From Alphaproteobacteria bacterium (GTDB taxonomy: Bacteria; Pseudomonadota; Alphaproteobacteria; GCA-2731375), in the NCBI GenBank assembly GCA_965232515.1, contig CBDDPY010000002.1, positions 288,001 to 352,000 of the forward strand: DNA of 64,000 bases, in the 5' to 3' direction. The stretch's first letter is position 1. The number at the start of each line of letters is the position of its first letter. A program made the position numbers and the translations under genes. The notes beneath the pieces were generated by a model that had not been told where the DNA came from, made no database searches, and saw only the letters and a program-made list of their open reading frames with translations. Shown here in pieces: positions 9,344 through 19,759 of the stretch.

Positions 9344-10216
9344 ATGTCAGCCGATGCGAAAGCCGTGCTCGCCGCCAGCCTGAAGAACCGTGACTTCGTC
9401 TGCGCGCCGGGCGTGTTCGACCTGATTTCGGCCCGCATGGCCGACCGCTTCAAATTCAAGGCGATTTATCTCACCGGCTACGGTGTCGCGGCCTCGCATC
9501 TCGGCATGCCGGACGCCGGCTACGCCACCTATGCCGACATGCTGGGCCGGGTGCGGCAGATCTGCGAACGCACCACGACGCCGCTGATCGCCGATGCCGA
9601 CACCGGCTTCGGCGGCGCGCTCAACGTGCAGCAGGCCGTGCGCGGCTATGAGTCGGTCGGCGCCGCCGGTATCCAGATCGAGGACCAGGAGTTCCCCAAG
9701 AAATGCGGCCACACGCTCGGCCGCCGGGTGATCCCGGTCGAGGACATGGTGACCAAGATCCGCGTCGCCGCCGACGCCAAGCAGAGCGCCGACTTCCAGA
9801 TCGTCGCCCGCACGGATGCCCGCACCAGCCTCGGCCTCGACGAGGCCCTGCGCCGGGCCGAAGCCTTCGCCAAGGCCGGCGCCGACGTGCTGTTCGTCGA
9901 GTCGCCCGAGAGCGAGGAGGAGATGGAGCGGATCTGCCGCAGTTTCGATCTTCCCTGCCTTGCCAACATGGTCGAGGGCGGCCGCACGCCGGTGCTGTCG
10001 GCCGCGCGCCTGGCCGAGATCGGCTACGCCATCGCCATTTTCCCCGCCGCCGGCTTCCTCGCCGTGGCGCAGGCGCTGCACGAGACCTACACCTACCTCG
10101 ACGCTCACGGCTCGAGCGCCGGCAGCGATCAGCCCCGCTATCCCTTCGCCGAGATGAACGAGCTCATGGGCTTCCCCGAGGTCTGGGCCTTCGACGAGAA
10201 GTACGGCGACAAGTAG
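9344..10216 (+). CDS. Isocitrate lyase/PEP mutase superfamily lyase (methylisocitrate or dimethylmalate lyase-like)
   Basis: 'DADTGFG', 'IEDQEFPKKCGH', 'ARTDAR', 'LFVES'. Confidence 0.88.
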   Translation: MSADAKAVLAASLKNRDFVCAPGVFDLISARMADRFKFKAIYLTGYGVAASHLGMPDAGYATYADMLGRVRQICERTTTPLIADADTGFGGALNVQQAVRGYESVGAAGIQIEDQEFPKKCGHTLGRRVIPVEDMVTKIRVAADAKQSADFQIVARTDARTSLGLDEALRRAEAFAKAGADVLFVESPESEEEMERICRSFDLPCLANMVEGGRTPVLSAARLAEIGYAIAIFPAAGFLAVAQALHETYTYLDAHGSSAGSDQPRYPFAEMNELMGFPEVWAFDEKYGDK

Positions 10217-10243
10217 GGGTCCCACGACCCGGACCGACGCGGG

Positions 10244-11761
10244 ATGTCCAGCGTCAGCACTGACCTGGACCTCGACGCGCCGTCGGCGTCGCAGCGCTGG
10301 GCCATCCTGATTTCGGTGGTGCTGGCGGTCACGCTCTACGGCATGACCATCCTGATCGTGACCGTGCTGCTGCCGCAGATGCAGGGCTCGCTGTCGGCGA
10401 CGCGCGACCAGATCGCCTGGGTCATGACCTTCAACATCCTGGCGACCGCCGTGGTCACGCCGATGACCGGCTGGCTCGCCGCCCGCTTCGGCCGGCGCAA
10501 CGTCATGCTGGGCGGCGTCGGCGGTTTCGCCGTCGCGACCATCGCCTGTGGTCTCGCCGACAATCTGGTGCCGCTGGTGCTCTACCGCATCGTCCAGGGG
10601 GCCTGCGGCGCGCCGCTGGTGCCGCTGGGCCAGGCCATCATCCTCGACAGCTTTCCGAAGCGCCAGCACGGCATGGCGACCTCGATCTTCGGCATGGGCG
10701 TGGTCATCGGTCCCGCCATCGGCCCGACGCTCGGCGGCTATCTGGCCGAGGAATACAACTGGCGCTGGGCCTTCTTCATGATCGTGCCGTTCGCCACGGC
10801 GGCGCTGCTGGGCCTGTTCGTGTTCCTGAGCGAGAAGGGGCGGCAGGCCGACGTCCGCCTCGACTGGACCGGTTTCCTGGCGCTCTCGACCGCCATCGTC
10901 TGCCTGCAGCTCATGCTCGACCGCGGCCAGCGGCAGGACTGGTTCGAAAGCCCGGAGATCATCATCGAGGCGAGCGTCGCCGTCGTCGCCTTCTACATCT
11001 TCGTCGTGCACAGCCTGACGGCGAAGAAACCGTTCCTGAATCCAAAGCTGCTGCTCGACCGCAACTACACGATCGGCCTGATCATCGTCACGGTCTACGG
11101 CATGCTCAACTTCACGCCGATGGTGCTGCTGCCGCCCATGCTGCAGAATCTGATGGGCTTCCCGGATTCGATCATCGGCACCGTCGTCGCCGCGCGCGGC
11201 GCCGGCGCCGTGATCGGCTTCTTCATGGCCATGTATATCGGCAAGCTCGACCCGCGCATCGGCATGGCCGGCGGCTTCGCCTTCCAGGGCGTCTCGGGCC
11301 TGATGATGGCCGGCTTCGACTTCAACACCACGTTCGCCGATGTGGCGCTCGTCAGCGGCATGCAGGGAATCGCCGTCGGCGTCGTCTGGGTGCCGCTCAC
11401 GGTGGCGACCTTCGCGACCCTGTCACCGCAGTACTTGGCCGAGGGGTCGTCCGTCTATCACCTGCTGCGCAATCTCGGCAGCTCGATCTTCATTTCCGGC
11501 TCGGTGACGCTCGCCATCGTCACCACGCGCATGAACTATGCCGGCCTCACCGAGTACATCTCGCCCTACAACGAAAACCTGGCCTACGCCACGATCACCG
11601 GCGGCTGGAACATCGACAGCGTCGCTGGCCTCGCCGGTCTCAGCGGCGAGATCGGCCGCCAGGCGGCGATGATCGGCTACCTGAACGCTCACTGGGCCTA
11701 CACCCTCACCTGTTTCCTGGTCGTGCCGCTGGTGCTGCTGGTGCGCGTGAAGCGCCGTTAA
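10244..11761 (+). CDS. DHA2 (EmrB/QacA) family MFS efflux permease
   Basis: About 14 TM segments; 'GWLAARFGRR', 'GPAIGPTLGGYL', 'LDRGQRQDWFES'. Confidence 0.88.
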   Translation: MSSVSTDLDLDAPSASQRWAILISVVLAVTLYGMTILIVTVLLPQMQGSLSATRDQIAWVMTFNILATAVVTPMTGWLAARFGRRNVMLGGVGGFAVATIACGLADNLVPLVLYRIVQGACGAPLVPLGQAIILDSFPKRQHGMATSIFGMGVVIGPAIGPTLGGYLAEEYNWRWAFFMIVPFATAALLGLFVFLSEKGRQADVRLDWTGFLALSTAIVCLQLMLDRGQRQDWFESPEIIIEASVAVVAFYIFVVHSLTAKKPFLNPKLLLDRNYTIGLIIVTVYGMLNFTPMVLLPPMLQNLMGFPDSIIGTVVAARGAGAVIGFFMAMYIGKLDPRIGMAGGFAFQGVSGLMMAGFDFNTTFADVALVSGMQGIAVGVVWVPLTVATFATLSPQYLAEGSSVYHLLRNLGSSIFISGSVTLAIVTTRMNYAGLTEYISPYNENLAYATITGGWNIDSVAGLAGLSGEIGRQAAMIGYLNAHWAYTLTCFLVVPLVLLVRVKRR

Positions 11762-11816
11762 GTCGGTCCAACCACCCGGCAAACGCGACGTCCGAAGACC
11801 GCGTCGGTCGCCCTGA

Positions 11817-11832
11817 GTTAACAGATTATTAA
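11817..11832 (-). promoter_or_regulatory. Perfect CtrA-type box TTAA-N7-TTAAC
   Basis: Plus strand GTTAACAGATTATTAA equals minus strand TTAA-TAATCTG-TTAAC; intergenic, about 200 bp upstream of the hybrid kinase. Confidence 0.6.
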
Positions 11833-12034
11833 ATCCGCATTGTTTATGACCGGGGCCAGTCTTGGCACCGGGGTCGCGCCAGTTCGACATCCATTCAGGA
11901 TGAAGGCCCCGAAGCGTGCGAGAGTCCGGGATAACAGCGTTCTTCTTCCGATCTGAGCCTGTCGCTGCGCTCGGTTTCGGTCTGCCGGTTTCGCATCATC
12001 GGCGCATTCACGGGTCCGTTGGAAAGGTGCGCCC

Positions 12035-14296
12035 GTGAGCGATAGCAGATCGGTAGTCGGCACCGCGCGTCGCGATGCCGTGATCAGCGGCGTCCTCGTC
12101 CTGGCAGCCTTCGCCCTGGCATCTGGCTTTGACTTCCACGAGCGTTGGGACGCCTTCACGGCCGCCCATGAGGCGTGGGAGATTGACGAAATTCCGCTGG
12201 CCTTTGCGCTCACGACGTTTGCTTTCGCCGTCTTTGCATTCCGGCGTTGGCGCGAGGCGCGGCATCAGGGGGCGCGAAGTGTTGCCCTGAATGCCCGTCT
12301 GCGTGTTGAAATTGCTGCGCGTGAGGAAAGCGAGCACCGCTTTCAGGATTTTGCCGAGGCGGGGTCCGATTGGTTCTGGGAGATGGATGCCGAACTTCGG
12401 TTTTCATGGTTTTCGGCGAATATCGAGCAGGCACTGGGAGTCGAGGCGGCGAAGCTCGTTGGCCGCTCGCGCCATGAGCTGAAGGACGCTGGAAATCCGC
12501 CCGAGCAGTGGCGCGCGCATCTGGACACCTTGGCCCGCCGCCAGCCGTTTCGCGATTTCACCTATCAGGTGGCGAACGCCGAATTCGGTCAGGTTTGGGT
12601 GCAGATTAGCGGCGTGCCGGTCTTCGATACGGATGGCGTATTCACCGGATACCGCGGCGTCGGCCGTAATTTGACCGATCTCAAGCAGGCCGAGGCGGCG
12701 CTGCGGCAGCGTGAGGCCGAAGCGACAACCTCCCGTCGGCTGCTGGTCGATGCGATAAACGCCATGACGGATGGTTTCGCCATGTACGACGCCAATGACC
12801 GCTTGGTGCTGTGCAACCAGAAATACAAGGAAATGTACGCCGAGAGCGCCGCCGCGATGATCCCGGGGGCGCGGTTCGAGAGCATCCTGCGCTACGGACT
12901 CGAGCGCGGACAATACGCCGACGCCATCGGCCGCGAAGAGGCATGGCTGGCCGAACGCATGCGCGTGCACCGGACCGGCCGGCAGTCGATCGAGCAGCAG
13001 TTGGCGAACGGCCGCTGGCTGCTGATCAACGAGCGCCGGACCGAGGACGGTGGCTACGTCGGTGTGCGGACCGATCTGACCGAGCTGAAGAAGCGGGACG
13101 AACAGCTCGGCCGCATGCAGCGGCTCGATGCCATCGGCAAGATGACCGGTGGTATCGCGCACGATTTCAACAATCTGTTGGCAATCGTTATCGGCAACTT
13201 CCAGCTCTTACAGCGCGAGCCGGGACAGAGCGACGCGGCCAAGCGTTTCCTGCAAGACGGCTTGGATGCGGCGCTGCGCGGTGCCGAATTGACCCAGCGC
13301 ATGCTGGCGTTCGGCCGGCGTCAGCTCCTGCAGCCAAAGGCCGTCGATATCAACGTCCTGGTCTCCGGCATTGACGCGCTGATGCGGCGAACGATCGGTC
13401 CGATGATCGCGGTCGAAACGCGTCTGGCGGCCGACTTGCCGACCGTGCTGATCGATCCAGGCCAGTTCGAGAACGCCTTGCTCAACCTCGCCCTCAATGC
13501 CCGCGATGCCATGCCGCGGGGCGGCAGGCTGATGATCGAAACTGCGGATGTCGAGCTCACCAAGTCGGATCTCGTCGGGGCCGACGATGTCGATCCCGGC
13601 GCCTACGTCATGCTCGCTGTCACGGATACCGGCAGCGGCATGCCGTCAGCGGTAATCGAGCACGTGTTCGAGCCGTTCTTTACGACCAAGGAAACGGGCA
13701 AGGGGACCGGTCTCGGACTGAGCATGGTCTATGGCTTCGTGAGGCAGTCCCAAGGCCATATCAGCATCGACAGCGAGGTTGGGCGAGGCACGACGGTGCG
13801 GCTCTACTGCCCGCACAACCACACACTGAACGCATCCATTTCCGACCGGCTTGATACCGCGTCCGGCCCGAATGTCGAAGGCGGCAGTGAAACCGTTCTC
13901 GTTGTCGATGACGAGGAGGCGGTTCGCCGCACGGCGCTTAACATGCTGAAGCAACTGGGCTATGCGACCGTAGAGGCCAGCAACGGACAGGAAGCGCTGA
14001 CGCTTCTGCAGGCCCGTCCCGATATCGATCTGCTGCTGACCGACGTGATCATGCCCGGCGGTATGAGCGGCATCGACTTGGCGCAGGCCGCCAAGCGGCG
14101 TGACTTGGCCGTTCTTCTGACGTCGGGTTACAGCGATGAAAGTTTCTCGTATGGCGACGTGGCGATTTCTGACGTGGCTTGGCTGCCCAAACCGTTCCTG
14201 ACACCGCAGCTCGCTCAAAAAGTTCGGCAGGCGCTCGACCGGCGGCCGGATCGTGCCGGGCCGTTTAGTGAGAATGGAGTTGGCGATGCCGGGTAA
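12035..14296 (+). CDS. Hybrid sensor histidine kinase (2 TM, two PAS, HisKA, HATPase, REC)
   Basis: 'SDWFWEMD' PAS, 'GGIAHDFNNLL', 'NLALNARDAMP', 'FEPFFTTK..GKGTGLGL', REC 'LLLTDVIMPGG'. Confidence 0.92.
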   Translation: MSDSRSVVGTARRDAVISGVLVLAAFALASGFDFHERWDAFTAAHEAWEIDEIPLAFALTTFAFAVFAFRRWREARHQGARSVALNARLRVEIAAREESEHRFQDFAEAGSDWFWEMDAELRFSWFSANIEQALGVEAAKLVGRSRHELKDAGNPPEQWRAHLDTLARRQPFRDFTYQVANAEFGQVWVQISGVPVFDTDGVFTGYRGVGRNLTDLKQAEAALRQREAEATTSRRLLVDAINAMTDGFAMYDANDRLVLCNQKYKEMYAESAAAMIPGARFESILRYGLERGQYADAIGREEAWLAERMRVHRTGRQSIEQQLANGRWLLINERRTEDGGYVGVRTDLTELKKRDEQLGRMQRLDAIGKMTGGIAHDFNNLLAIVIGNFQLLQREPGQSDAAKRFLQDGLDAALRGAELTQRMLAFGRRQLLQPKAVDINVLVSGIDALMRRTIGPMIAVETRLAADLPTVLIDPGQFENALLNLALNARDAMPRGGRLMIETADVELTKSDLVGADDVDPGAYVMLAVTDTGSGMPSAVIEHVFEPFFTTKETGKGTGLGLSMVYGFVRQSQGHISIDSEVGRGTTVRLYCPHNHTLNASISDRLDTASGPNVEGGSETVLVVDDEEAVRRTALNMLKQLGYATVEASNGQEALTLLQARPDIDLLLTDVIMPGGMSGIDLAQAAKRRDLAVLLTSGYSDESFSYGDVAISDVAWLPKPFLTPQLAQKVRQALDRRPDRAGPFSENGVGDAG

Positions 14297-14657
14297 GTTG
14301 CTGTTGGTCGACGACGAGGCCGGCATACGCAATTTCTTCACCAACGTGGCCGGACGCCTGGGATTCGAGGTGACGGCCGTGGAATCCGTGGACCAGTTCC
14401 TCGCCAGCTATCGTGCGCAGAAGCCGTCGCTCATGGTCATGGATTTGATGATGCCCTCCAAAGACGGCGTCGAGCTGATGGGCGTGCTGGCCGACGACGG
14501 CTGCGACGTGCCGATCTATCTGATCAGCGGCAGCGACGCCAAGCTACTCGACCGCGCGCGACGGCTCGGCAAGGCGCGCGGGCTCGATATTCGCGACGTC
14601 CTGACCAAGCCAATCATGTTGGAAGATCTCGAGGCCGCGTTCGACAATCTGATCTAG
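14286..14657 (+). CDS. Single-domain response regulator (REC)
   Basis: 'LLVDDE', 'MDLMMP..DG', 'LISG', 'LTKP'; overlaps the kinase stop by 11 nt. Confidence 0.88.
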   Translation: MPGKLLLVDDEAGIRNFFTNVAGRLGFEVTAVESVDQFLASYRAQKPSLMVMDLMMPSKDGVELMGVLADDGCDVPIYLISGSDAKLLDRARRLGKARGLDIRDVLTKPIMLEDLEAAFDNLI

Positions 14658-14664
14658 CAGGCCG

Positions 14665-15378
14665 CTACTCGCAGCGGCGCAGTTCCTGCGTGTTGCTTAC
14701 GGTCTGCCAGGCCAGTCGGTCCGGACCGCGTCGGATCAGCTTGTCGCCGGTGGTCGGGTAGATCAACTCGTTCTCGCTTGAACCCGGGCTGAAGACTTCC
14801 TTCAGCTTGGCACAGGACGCGTCCGAGCTGCCGGAGCAAGCCGACATGCCGAGCTCGCGCATCGACACGGCCTCGAACTTGTAGGTCGTGCTGTCGCCAC
14901 AGCTTTCCCGCCAGTTGCCTTGGAAGAACGTCAAATCGACCGTGCCCTCGGCGTTGTCGTCCTGATACTCCGTCAGGATCGTGCAGGCGCTATCCGCCGG
15001 CACGGCCTCGTCGCAGTCGGCCAGCGCGCGCTGTCGCGCCATCTCCTGCGTCTCCGCACCGCAGACGCCGGCAAAGGTGCCGGCCTGATTGGTGGCGATG
15101 GCGCCGAATCCGCCCTCCGCGCAGGAGACGATCGGGACGCAGTTCTCGCCACCGAATTCTCGGCACAGCGCTTCGACGCCGGCATCGGCTTCCGGCACCG
15201 TGCCCTCGACCTTGTAGGCATAGACGCCTTTGTCGGGGTCGAGCGCGATCGCGGATGCGCCCTCTACCCGGCTGGTCTGGGCAAAGCAGATGGCGAAGGT
15301 GGCCAGCGCCGCGCCGGCGAGCCAAAGCGTGCGCGCCGGCAACGGCCGTGCGATTGCGGAATTTCTGATCATTGCCAT
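14665..15378 (-). CDS. Secreted Cys-rich protein with DUF4189-like repeats
   Basis: N-terminal signal; two 'AIA...A...C......C' modules ('SAIALD...ALCREFGGENC', 'GAIATN...ARQRALADC.....SAC') plus a C-terminal 'FFQGNWRESC' domain. Confidence 0.6.
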   Translation of the reverse strand: MAMIRNSAIARPLPARTLWLAGAALATFAICFAQTSRVEGASAIALDPDKGVYAYKVEGTVPEADAGVEALCREFGGENCVPIVSCAEGGFGAIATNQAGTFAGVCGAETQEMARQRALADCDEAVPADSACTILTEYQDDNAEGTVDLTFFQGNWRESCGDSTTYKFEAVSMRELGMSACSGSSDASCAKLKEVFSPGSSENELIYPTTGDKLIRRGPDRLAWQTVSNTQELRRCE

Positions 15379-15448
15379 GTTCCCAACGTCATCCCGCCCC
15401 GCGGTTCGGGGGCTGCTGAATCGGTGTCTTGGCCGGACGTGTCCCGGA

Positions 15449-15652
15449 CTATTCCTTGTTCCAGGGACAATTGGCTCGGCTGGCTTCGGCAGTGTCGTAT
15501 TTCTGCTCGGAATTCGAATAAGTCACGAAGACCACCGACCCGTCCGGCGCGCAGACCGGATCGAGCACGCCGCCCGCCGTCTGCGTGCCACGCTCGCCGG
15601 CGCACGCGGCCAGCATCAGCGCCGTGATGCCAGCAAGAAGCCATTTCACCAT
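15449..15652 (-). CDS. Small lipoprotein (67 aa)
   Basis: MVKWLLAGITALMLAA-C lipobox; GAGG RBS; two further Cys. Confidence 0.7.
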   Translation of the reverse strand: MVKWLLAGITALMLAACAGERGTQTAGGVLDPVCAPDGSVVFVTYSNSEQKYDTAEASRANCPWNKE

Positions 15653-15774
15653 CTGCATCCTCGCGCGGCTACGGTTACGACTGCTTGATTGTCCGACCAG
15701 AATATAGGCCCGTGCGCGGTGAGCGCCAACGCCCGGTCGTCCGATGCCCAACAAAAATCACAGCCGGAAACAGC

Positions 15775-16962
15775 TTAGTGGCCAATGATTTGCGCCTCGC
15801 GCAAAGCGGCGATTTCGGGCGCCGACATGCCGGCCTCGGCCAGCACGTCATCGGTGTGCGCGCCAAGTTGCGGCGCGCCGTGACGGATCGACGTCGGTGT
15901 CTCGCTGAACCGCGCGGCCGCTCTCGCCTGGCGCAGCCGGCCGGCCTCGGGATGGTCGGTTTCGACCACGACGTCGCTGGCCAGGATCTGCGGGTGTTCG
16001 AGCAGCTCGTTCCGCGTCATCACGGGCGCGCAGGGCACGCCGGCCGCTTCAAGCCGCGTCAGCCATTCCGCCGTTGTCCGCGTCTGCAAAACTTCCTGCG
16101 TCAGCGACAGGCGGTCGTCGATGTTGCGGTCGCGCAGTTCAGGCGTTTTGAAGCGTTCGTCGTCCAGCCATTCAGGCCGCGCAAGCGCCTGGCACAGGCC
16201 GGCCCATTCGCGATCCGACATCACCGCGACGCTCATATGGCCGTCGCTGGTCTCGTAGATCAGGTCGATGAAGCTCGCGGCGCGCTGCTGGCTGACGGTC
16301 TTGCCGACGAAGGTCTGGCCGCCCATGTCCGACGACCACAGGAATGCCAGCACGGCATCCAGCATCGACAGCCGCACGTGCTGGCCCTGGCCGGTCCGTT
16401 CGCGCGCCAGCAACGCCGCCGTGATCGCCTGCGCCGCCGTCACCGCCGTCAGCTTGTCCGGCAGGATCGTACGGATCAGCCGCGGCCGCTGCTGGTCCGA
16501 GCCGCCTTGCACCGACGCCAGACCCGACACGGCCTGGATAATCGGATCGTAGGTCGGCTTGCCGGCATAGGGACCGGCTTCGCCGAAACCGCTGATCGAG
16601 ACATAGACGATATCGGGCGCCACGGCCCGGATCGCGTCCTCGCCGATGCCCATGCGGTCGACCACGCCCGGCCGGAAGTTCTGGATGAAGACATCGGCGC
16701 TGGCCGCCAGGCGCTTTAATACCTCACGGCCGCGTTCGTCTTTCAAATCAATCGTAACCGAGCGTTTGTTACGGTTATTGTTGAGGAAACTCGCCGGCAG
16801 GCCGCCGCTGCGGTTGCCGCCGGCGCGGACATGGTCGCCACGGCCGGGAATCTCGACCTTGATCACGTCGGCGCCCTGGTCGCCCAGCATCATGGTGGCG
16901 AACGGACCTGAGATCATGCTGGTCAGATCGATAATGCGATAACCGTCTAGCGGACCCGGCAT
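15775..16962 (-). CDS. CaiB/BaiF family III CoA-transferase
   Basis: 'PLDGYRIIDL....SGPFA..MLGDQGADVIKVE', 'NRNKRSV', 'QNFRPG'. Confidence 0.92.
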   Translation of the reverse strand: MPGPLDGYRIIDLTSMISGPFATMMLGDQGADVIKVEIPGRGDHVRAGGNRSGGLPASFLNNNRNKRSVTIDLKDERGREVLKRLAASADVFIQNFRPGVVDRMGIGEDAIRAVAPDIVYVSISGFGEAGPYAGKPTYDPIIQAVSGLASVQGGSDQQRPRLIRTILPDKLTAVTAAQAITAALLARERTGQGQHVRLSMLDAVLAFLWSSDMGGQTFVGKTVSQQRAASFIDLIYETSDGHMSVAVMSDREWAGLCQALARPEWLDDERFKTPELRDRNIDDRLSLTQEVLQTRTTAEWLTRLEAAGVPCAPVMTRNELLEHPQILASDVVVETDHPEAGRLRQARAAARFSETPTSIRHGAPQLGAHTDDVLAEAGMSAPEIAALREAQIIGH

Positions 16963-17183
16963 CGGCTCCCTCCCTGGCAAACGACAAAGCCGCCGGTCTC
17001 CGGCGGCATTTCCTAATACTTGGTCGAACCCGCCGCGGGACGCAAGACCGTTCGATTTCGTTCGCAACGGCGGCGGGCGCAACGGGTTCGCAAATGCGCG
17101 TTGCTCCGCTTCGCGGCCGAGACTAGGCTCGATCCAACGACCGAGCCCAAAGCCTCGGCGAACCGGATTAGGGAGAGCTGAGA

Positions 17184-18788
17184 ATGACCTCAATGCACTC
17201 GTCGCGCCGCAGGGCGCTTACCGCCGCGGTCGCGCTGGCCGCCGCTATTTCCGCCGGTTTTCCGGCCATGGCCGAGATGGTCTATCACCGCGGCAACACG
17301 GCCGATCCGGAAACTTTGGATCAGCACAAGACCTCGACGATCTACGAATCGAACATCCTGCGCGATCTCTACGAGGGTCTGGTGATCTACGACGCCAAGG
17401 CCAATGTCGTCCCCGGCGTCGCCGAAAGCTGGGACGTCAGCGACGACGGCACCGTCTATACCTTCCGTCTTCGGGGCGATGCCAAATGGTCGAACGGGGA
17501 TCCGGTGACCGCGGGCGATTTCGTCTACTCCTTCCGCCGCATCCTGACGCCCGAGACCGGCGCGAAGTACGCCAACGTCCTCTATCCCATCGCCAACGCC
17601 GAGAAGGTGAACGGCGGCAAGCTGCCGCCAGAGGAGATCGGCGTCACGGCGCGCGACGACCGCACGCTGGAGATCCGGCTGGAATCGGCGACGCCCTATT
17701 TCCTGCATCTGATGACCCACCAGACCGGCTATCCGGTGCATCCGCCCAGTGTCGAGCAGCATGGGCCCGAATTCGTGCGTCCGGAAAACATCGTCAGCAA
17801 CGGCGCCTATATGCTGGTCGAGACCTTGCCGAACGCGCATGTGAAGGTGGTCAAGAACCCGAACTTCCACGCCGCCGACAGCGTCAAGATCGACACCGTC
17901 TACTTCTATCCGACCGAAGACCGGTCGGCCGCGCTGCGCCGGTTCCAGGCCGGCGAGCTGCATTCCAACAACGACGCGCCGGTCGAGCAGGCGGCCTGGA
18001 TGCGGGAGAATCTGGGCGGTCAGTTCCGCGTCGCGCCCTATCTCGGCAACTACTACTACGCCGTGAAGACCGACAAGGCGCCGTTCGACGACGTTCGCGT
18101 ACGCCAGGCGCTGTCCATGGCCATCGACCGCGAGTTCATCGCCGAGGAGATCTGGGGCGGCACCATGGTCGCTGGCTACAGCTTCGTGCCGCCCGGCATC
18201 GGCAATTACGACGAGCCGGCCTTCGCCGACTACAAGACGACATCGATGATCGACCGCGAGGACGCGGCTATCGCGCTTCTGAAGGAGGCGGGCTTCGGGC
18301 CGGACAAGCCGCTGAAAGTGGAGATCCGCTACAACACGTCGGAAAACCACAAGAACACGGCGCTCGCCATCGCCGACATGTGGCAGCCGCTCGGCGTCGA
18401 GGTCTCGCTGCTGAACTCGGACACCGCGACCCACTACGCGGTGCTGCGCGACAAGGGCGATTTCGATGTCGCGCGGGCCGGCTGGATCGGCGACTACAGC
18501 GATCCGCAGAACTTCCTGTTCATGGTCGAGAGCGACAATTCCGGCTTCAACTACGCGAACTACGACAATCCGGAATACGACGCGCTGATGGACCGGGCCG
18601 CGGCCGAGATCGATCTGAAGAAACGCGCCGCGATCCTGAAGCAGGCGGAAGCGATCTTCATGCGCGACCTGCCGTTTATCCCGCTCATGTATTACGGCTC
18701 GATCAGCCTGGTCTCCGACAAGCTCGTCGGCTGGGAAGACAACATTCAGAACGTGCACGCCAGCCGCTGGATGTCGATCAAGGAATAG
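17184..18788 (+). CDS. oppA: Oligopeptide ABC transporter substrate-binding protein
   Basis: Signal peptide; 'DPETLD', 'WSNGDPVTAGDFVYS', 'RAGWIGDYSDP'. Confidence 0.9.
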   Translation: MTSMHSSRRRALTAAVALAAAISAGFPAMAEMVYHRGNTADPETLDQHKTSTIYESNILRDLYEGLVIYDAKANVVPGVAESWDVSDDGTVYTFRLRGDAKWSNGDPVTAGDFVYSFRRILTPETGAKYANVLYPIANAEKVNGGKLPPEEIGVTARDDRTLEIRLESATPYFLHLMTHQTGYPVHPPSVEQHGPEFVRPENIVSNGAYMLVETLPNAHVKVVKNPNFHAADSVKIDTVYFYPTEDRSAALRRFQAGELHSNNDAPVEQAAWMRENLGGQFRVAPYLGNYYYAVKTDKAPFDDVRVRQALSMAIDREFIAEEIWGGTMVAGYSFVPPGIGNYDEPAFADYKTTSMIDREDAAIALLKEAGFGPDKPLKVEIRYNTSENHKNTALAIADMWQPLGVEVSLLNSDTATHYAVLRDKGDFDVARAGWIGDYSDPQNFLFMVESDNSGFNYANYDNPEYDALMDRAAAEIDLKKRAAILKQAEAIFMRDLPFIPLMYYGSISLVSDKLVGWEDNIQNVHASRWMSIKE

Positions 18789-18827
18789 TCGCGGCGGGCG
18801 AGGGGTGACGGCCCGGGCCGCCGCGTC

Positions 18828-19754
18828 GTGCTGAGCTATGCCGTGCGCCGGCTGCTCGGCGCGATCCCGACCCTGTTCCTGATCGTCACGGTCGCGTTCT
18901 TTCTCATCCGCGTCGCGCCCGGCGGTCCGTTCGATCTGGAACGGCCGCTCGAGGCGCAGGTGATGGCGAACCTGCTCAAGGTCTATCACCTGGACAAGCC
19001 GCTCTGGCAGCAATACCTGCTCTACGTCCAGAACCTGTTGCAGGGCAATCTCGGTCCCAGCTTCATCTACCGCGACTTCTCCGTCGCCGAGCTGTTTGCG
19101 CGGGGCCTGCCGGTGTCAATCCAGCTCGGCGGGGCCGCTTTGCTGCTGGCGTTGTGCCTCGGCACGGCGCTCGGCACCGTCGCCGCCCTGCGCCAGAACC
19201 GGCCGACGGACTATTCGGTCATGGCCGTCGCCATGATCGGCATTACCATCCCGAACTTCGTCATGGCGCCGGTGCTGACGCTGGTCTTCGCGCTCTATCT
19301 CGATTTGCTACCGGCCGGCGGCTGGGGCGGCGGCGCCATGCTGAACAAACTGTTGCCGGTATTCACCCTCGCGCTGCCGCAGATCGCGGTCATCGCGCGG
19401 CTCACCCGCGGCAGCATGATCGAGGCATTGCGGTCGAACCATGTCCGCACGGCCCGCGCCAACGGCCTGCCGGCGCATGTCGTGGTGGTCGGGCATGCCT
19501 TGCGCGGCGCGCTCCTGCCGGTCGTCTCCTATCTCGGACCGGCCGCCGCCGCGCTGCTCACCGGCTCCGTCGTCATCGAGACGATCTTCGGCATCCCCGG
19601 CATCGGCCGCTACTTCGTGCAGGGCGCCTTGAACCGCGACTACACGCTGGTCATGGGCACGGTGGTGGTCATCGCCTGCTTCGTCGTGCTGTTCAATCTG
19701 CTGGTCGATCTGGCCTATGCCGTGCTCGACCCGCGCGTGCGCTTCCGGGACTGA
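18828..19754 (+). CDS. oppB: Oligopeptide ABC transporter permease
   Basis: 'APGGPFD', 'GNLGPSF', 'VRTARANGL', 'NRDYTLVMG'. Confidence 0.9.
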   Translation: MLSYAVRRLLGAIPTLFLIVTVAFFLIRVAPGGPFDLERPLEAQVMANLLKVYHLDKPLWQQYLLYVQNLLQGNLGPSFIYRDFSVAELFARGLPVSIQLGGAALLLALCLGTALGTVAALRQNRPTDYSVMAVAMIGITIPNFVMAPVLTLVFALYLDLLPAGGWGGGAMLNKLLPVFTLALPQIAVIARLTRGSMIEALRSNHVRTARANGLPAHVVVVGHALRGALLPVVSYLGPAAAALLTGSVVIETIFGIPGIGRYFVQGALNRDYTLVMGTVVVIACFVVLFNLLVDLAYAVLDPRVRFRD

Positions 19755-19759
19755 CGGAC

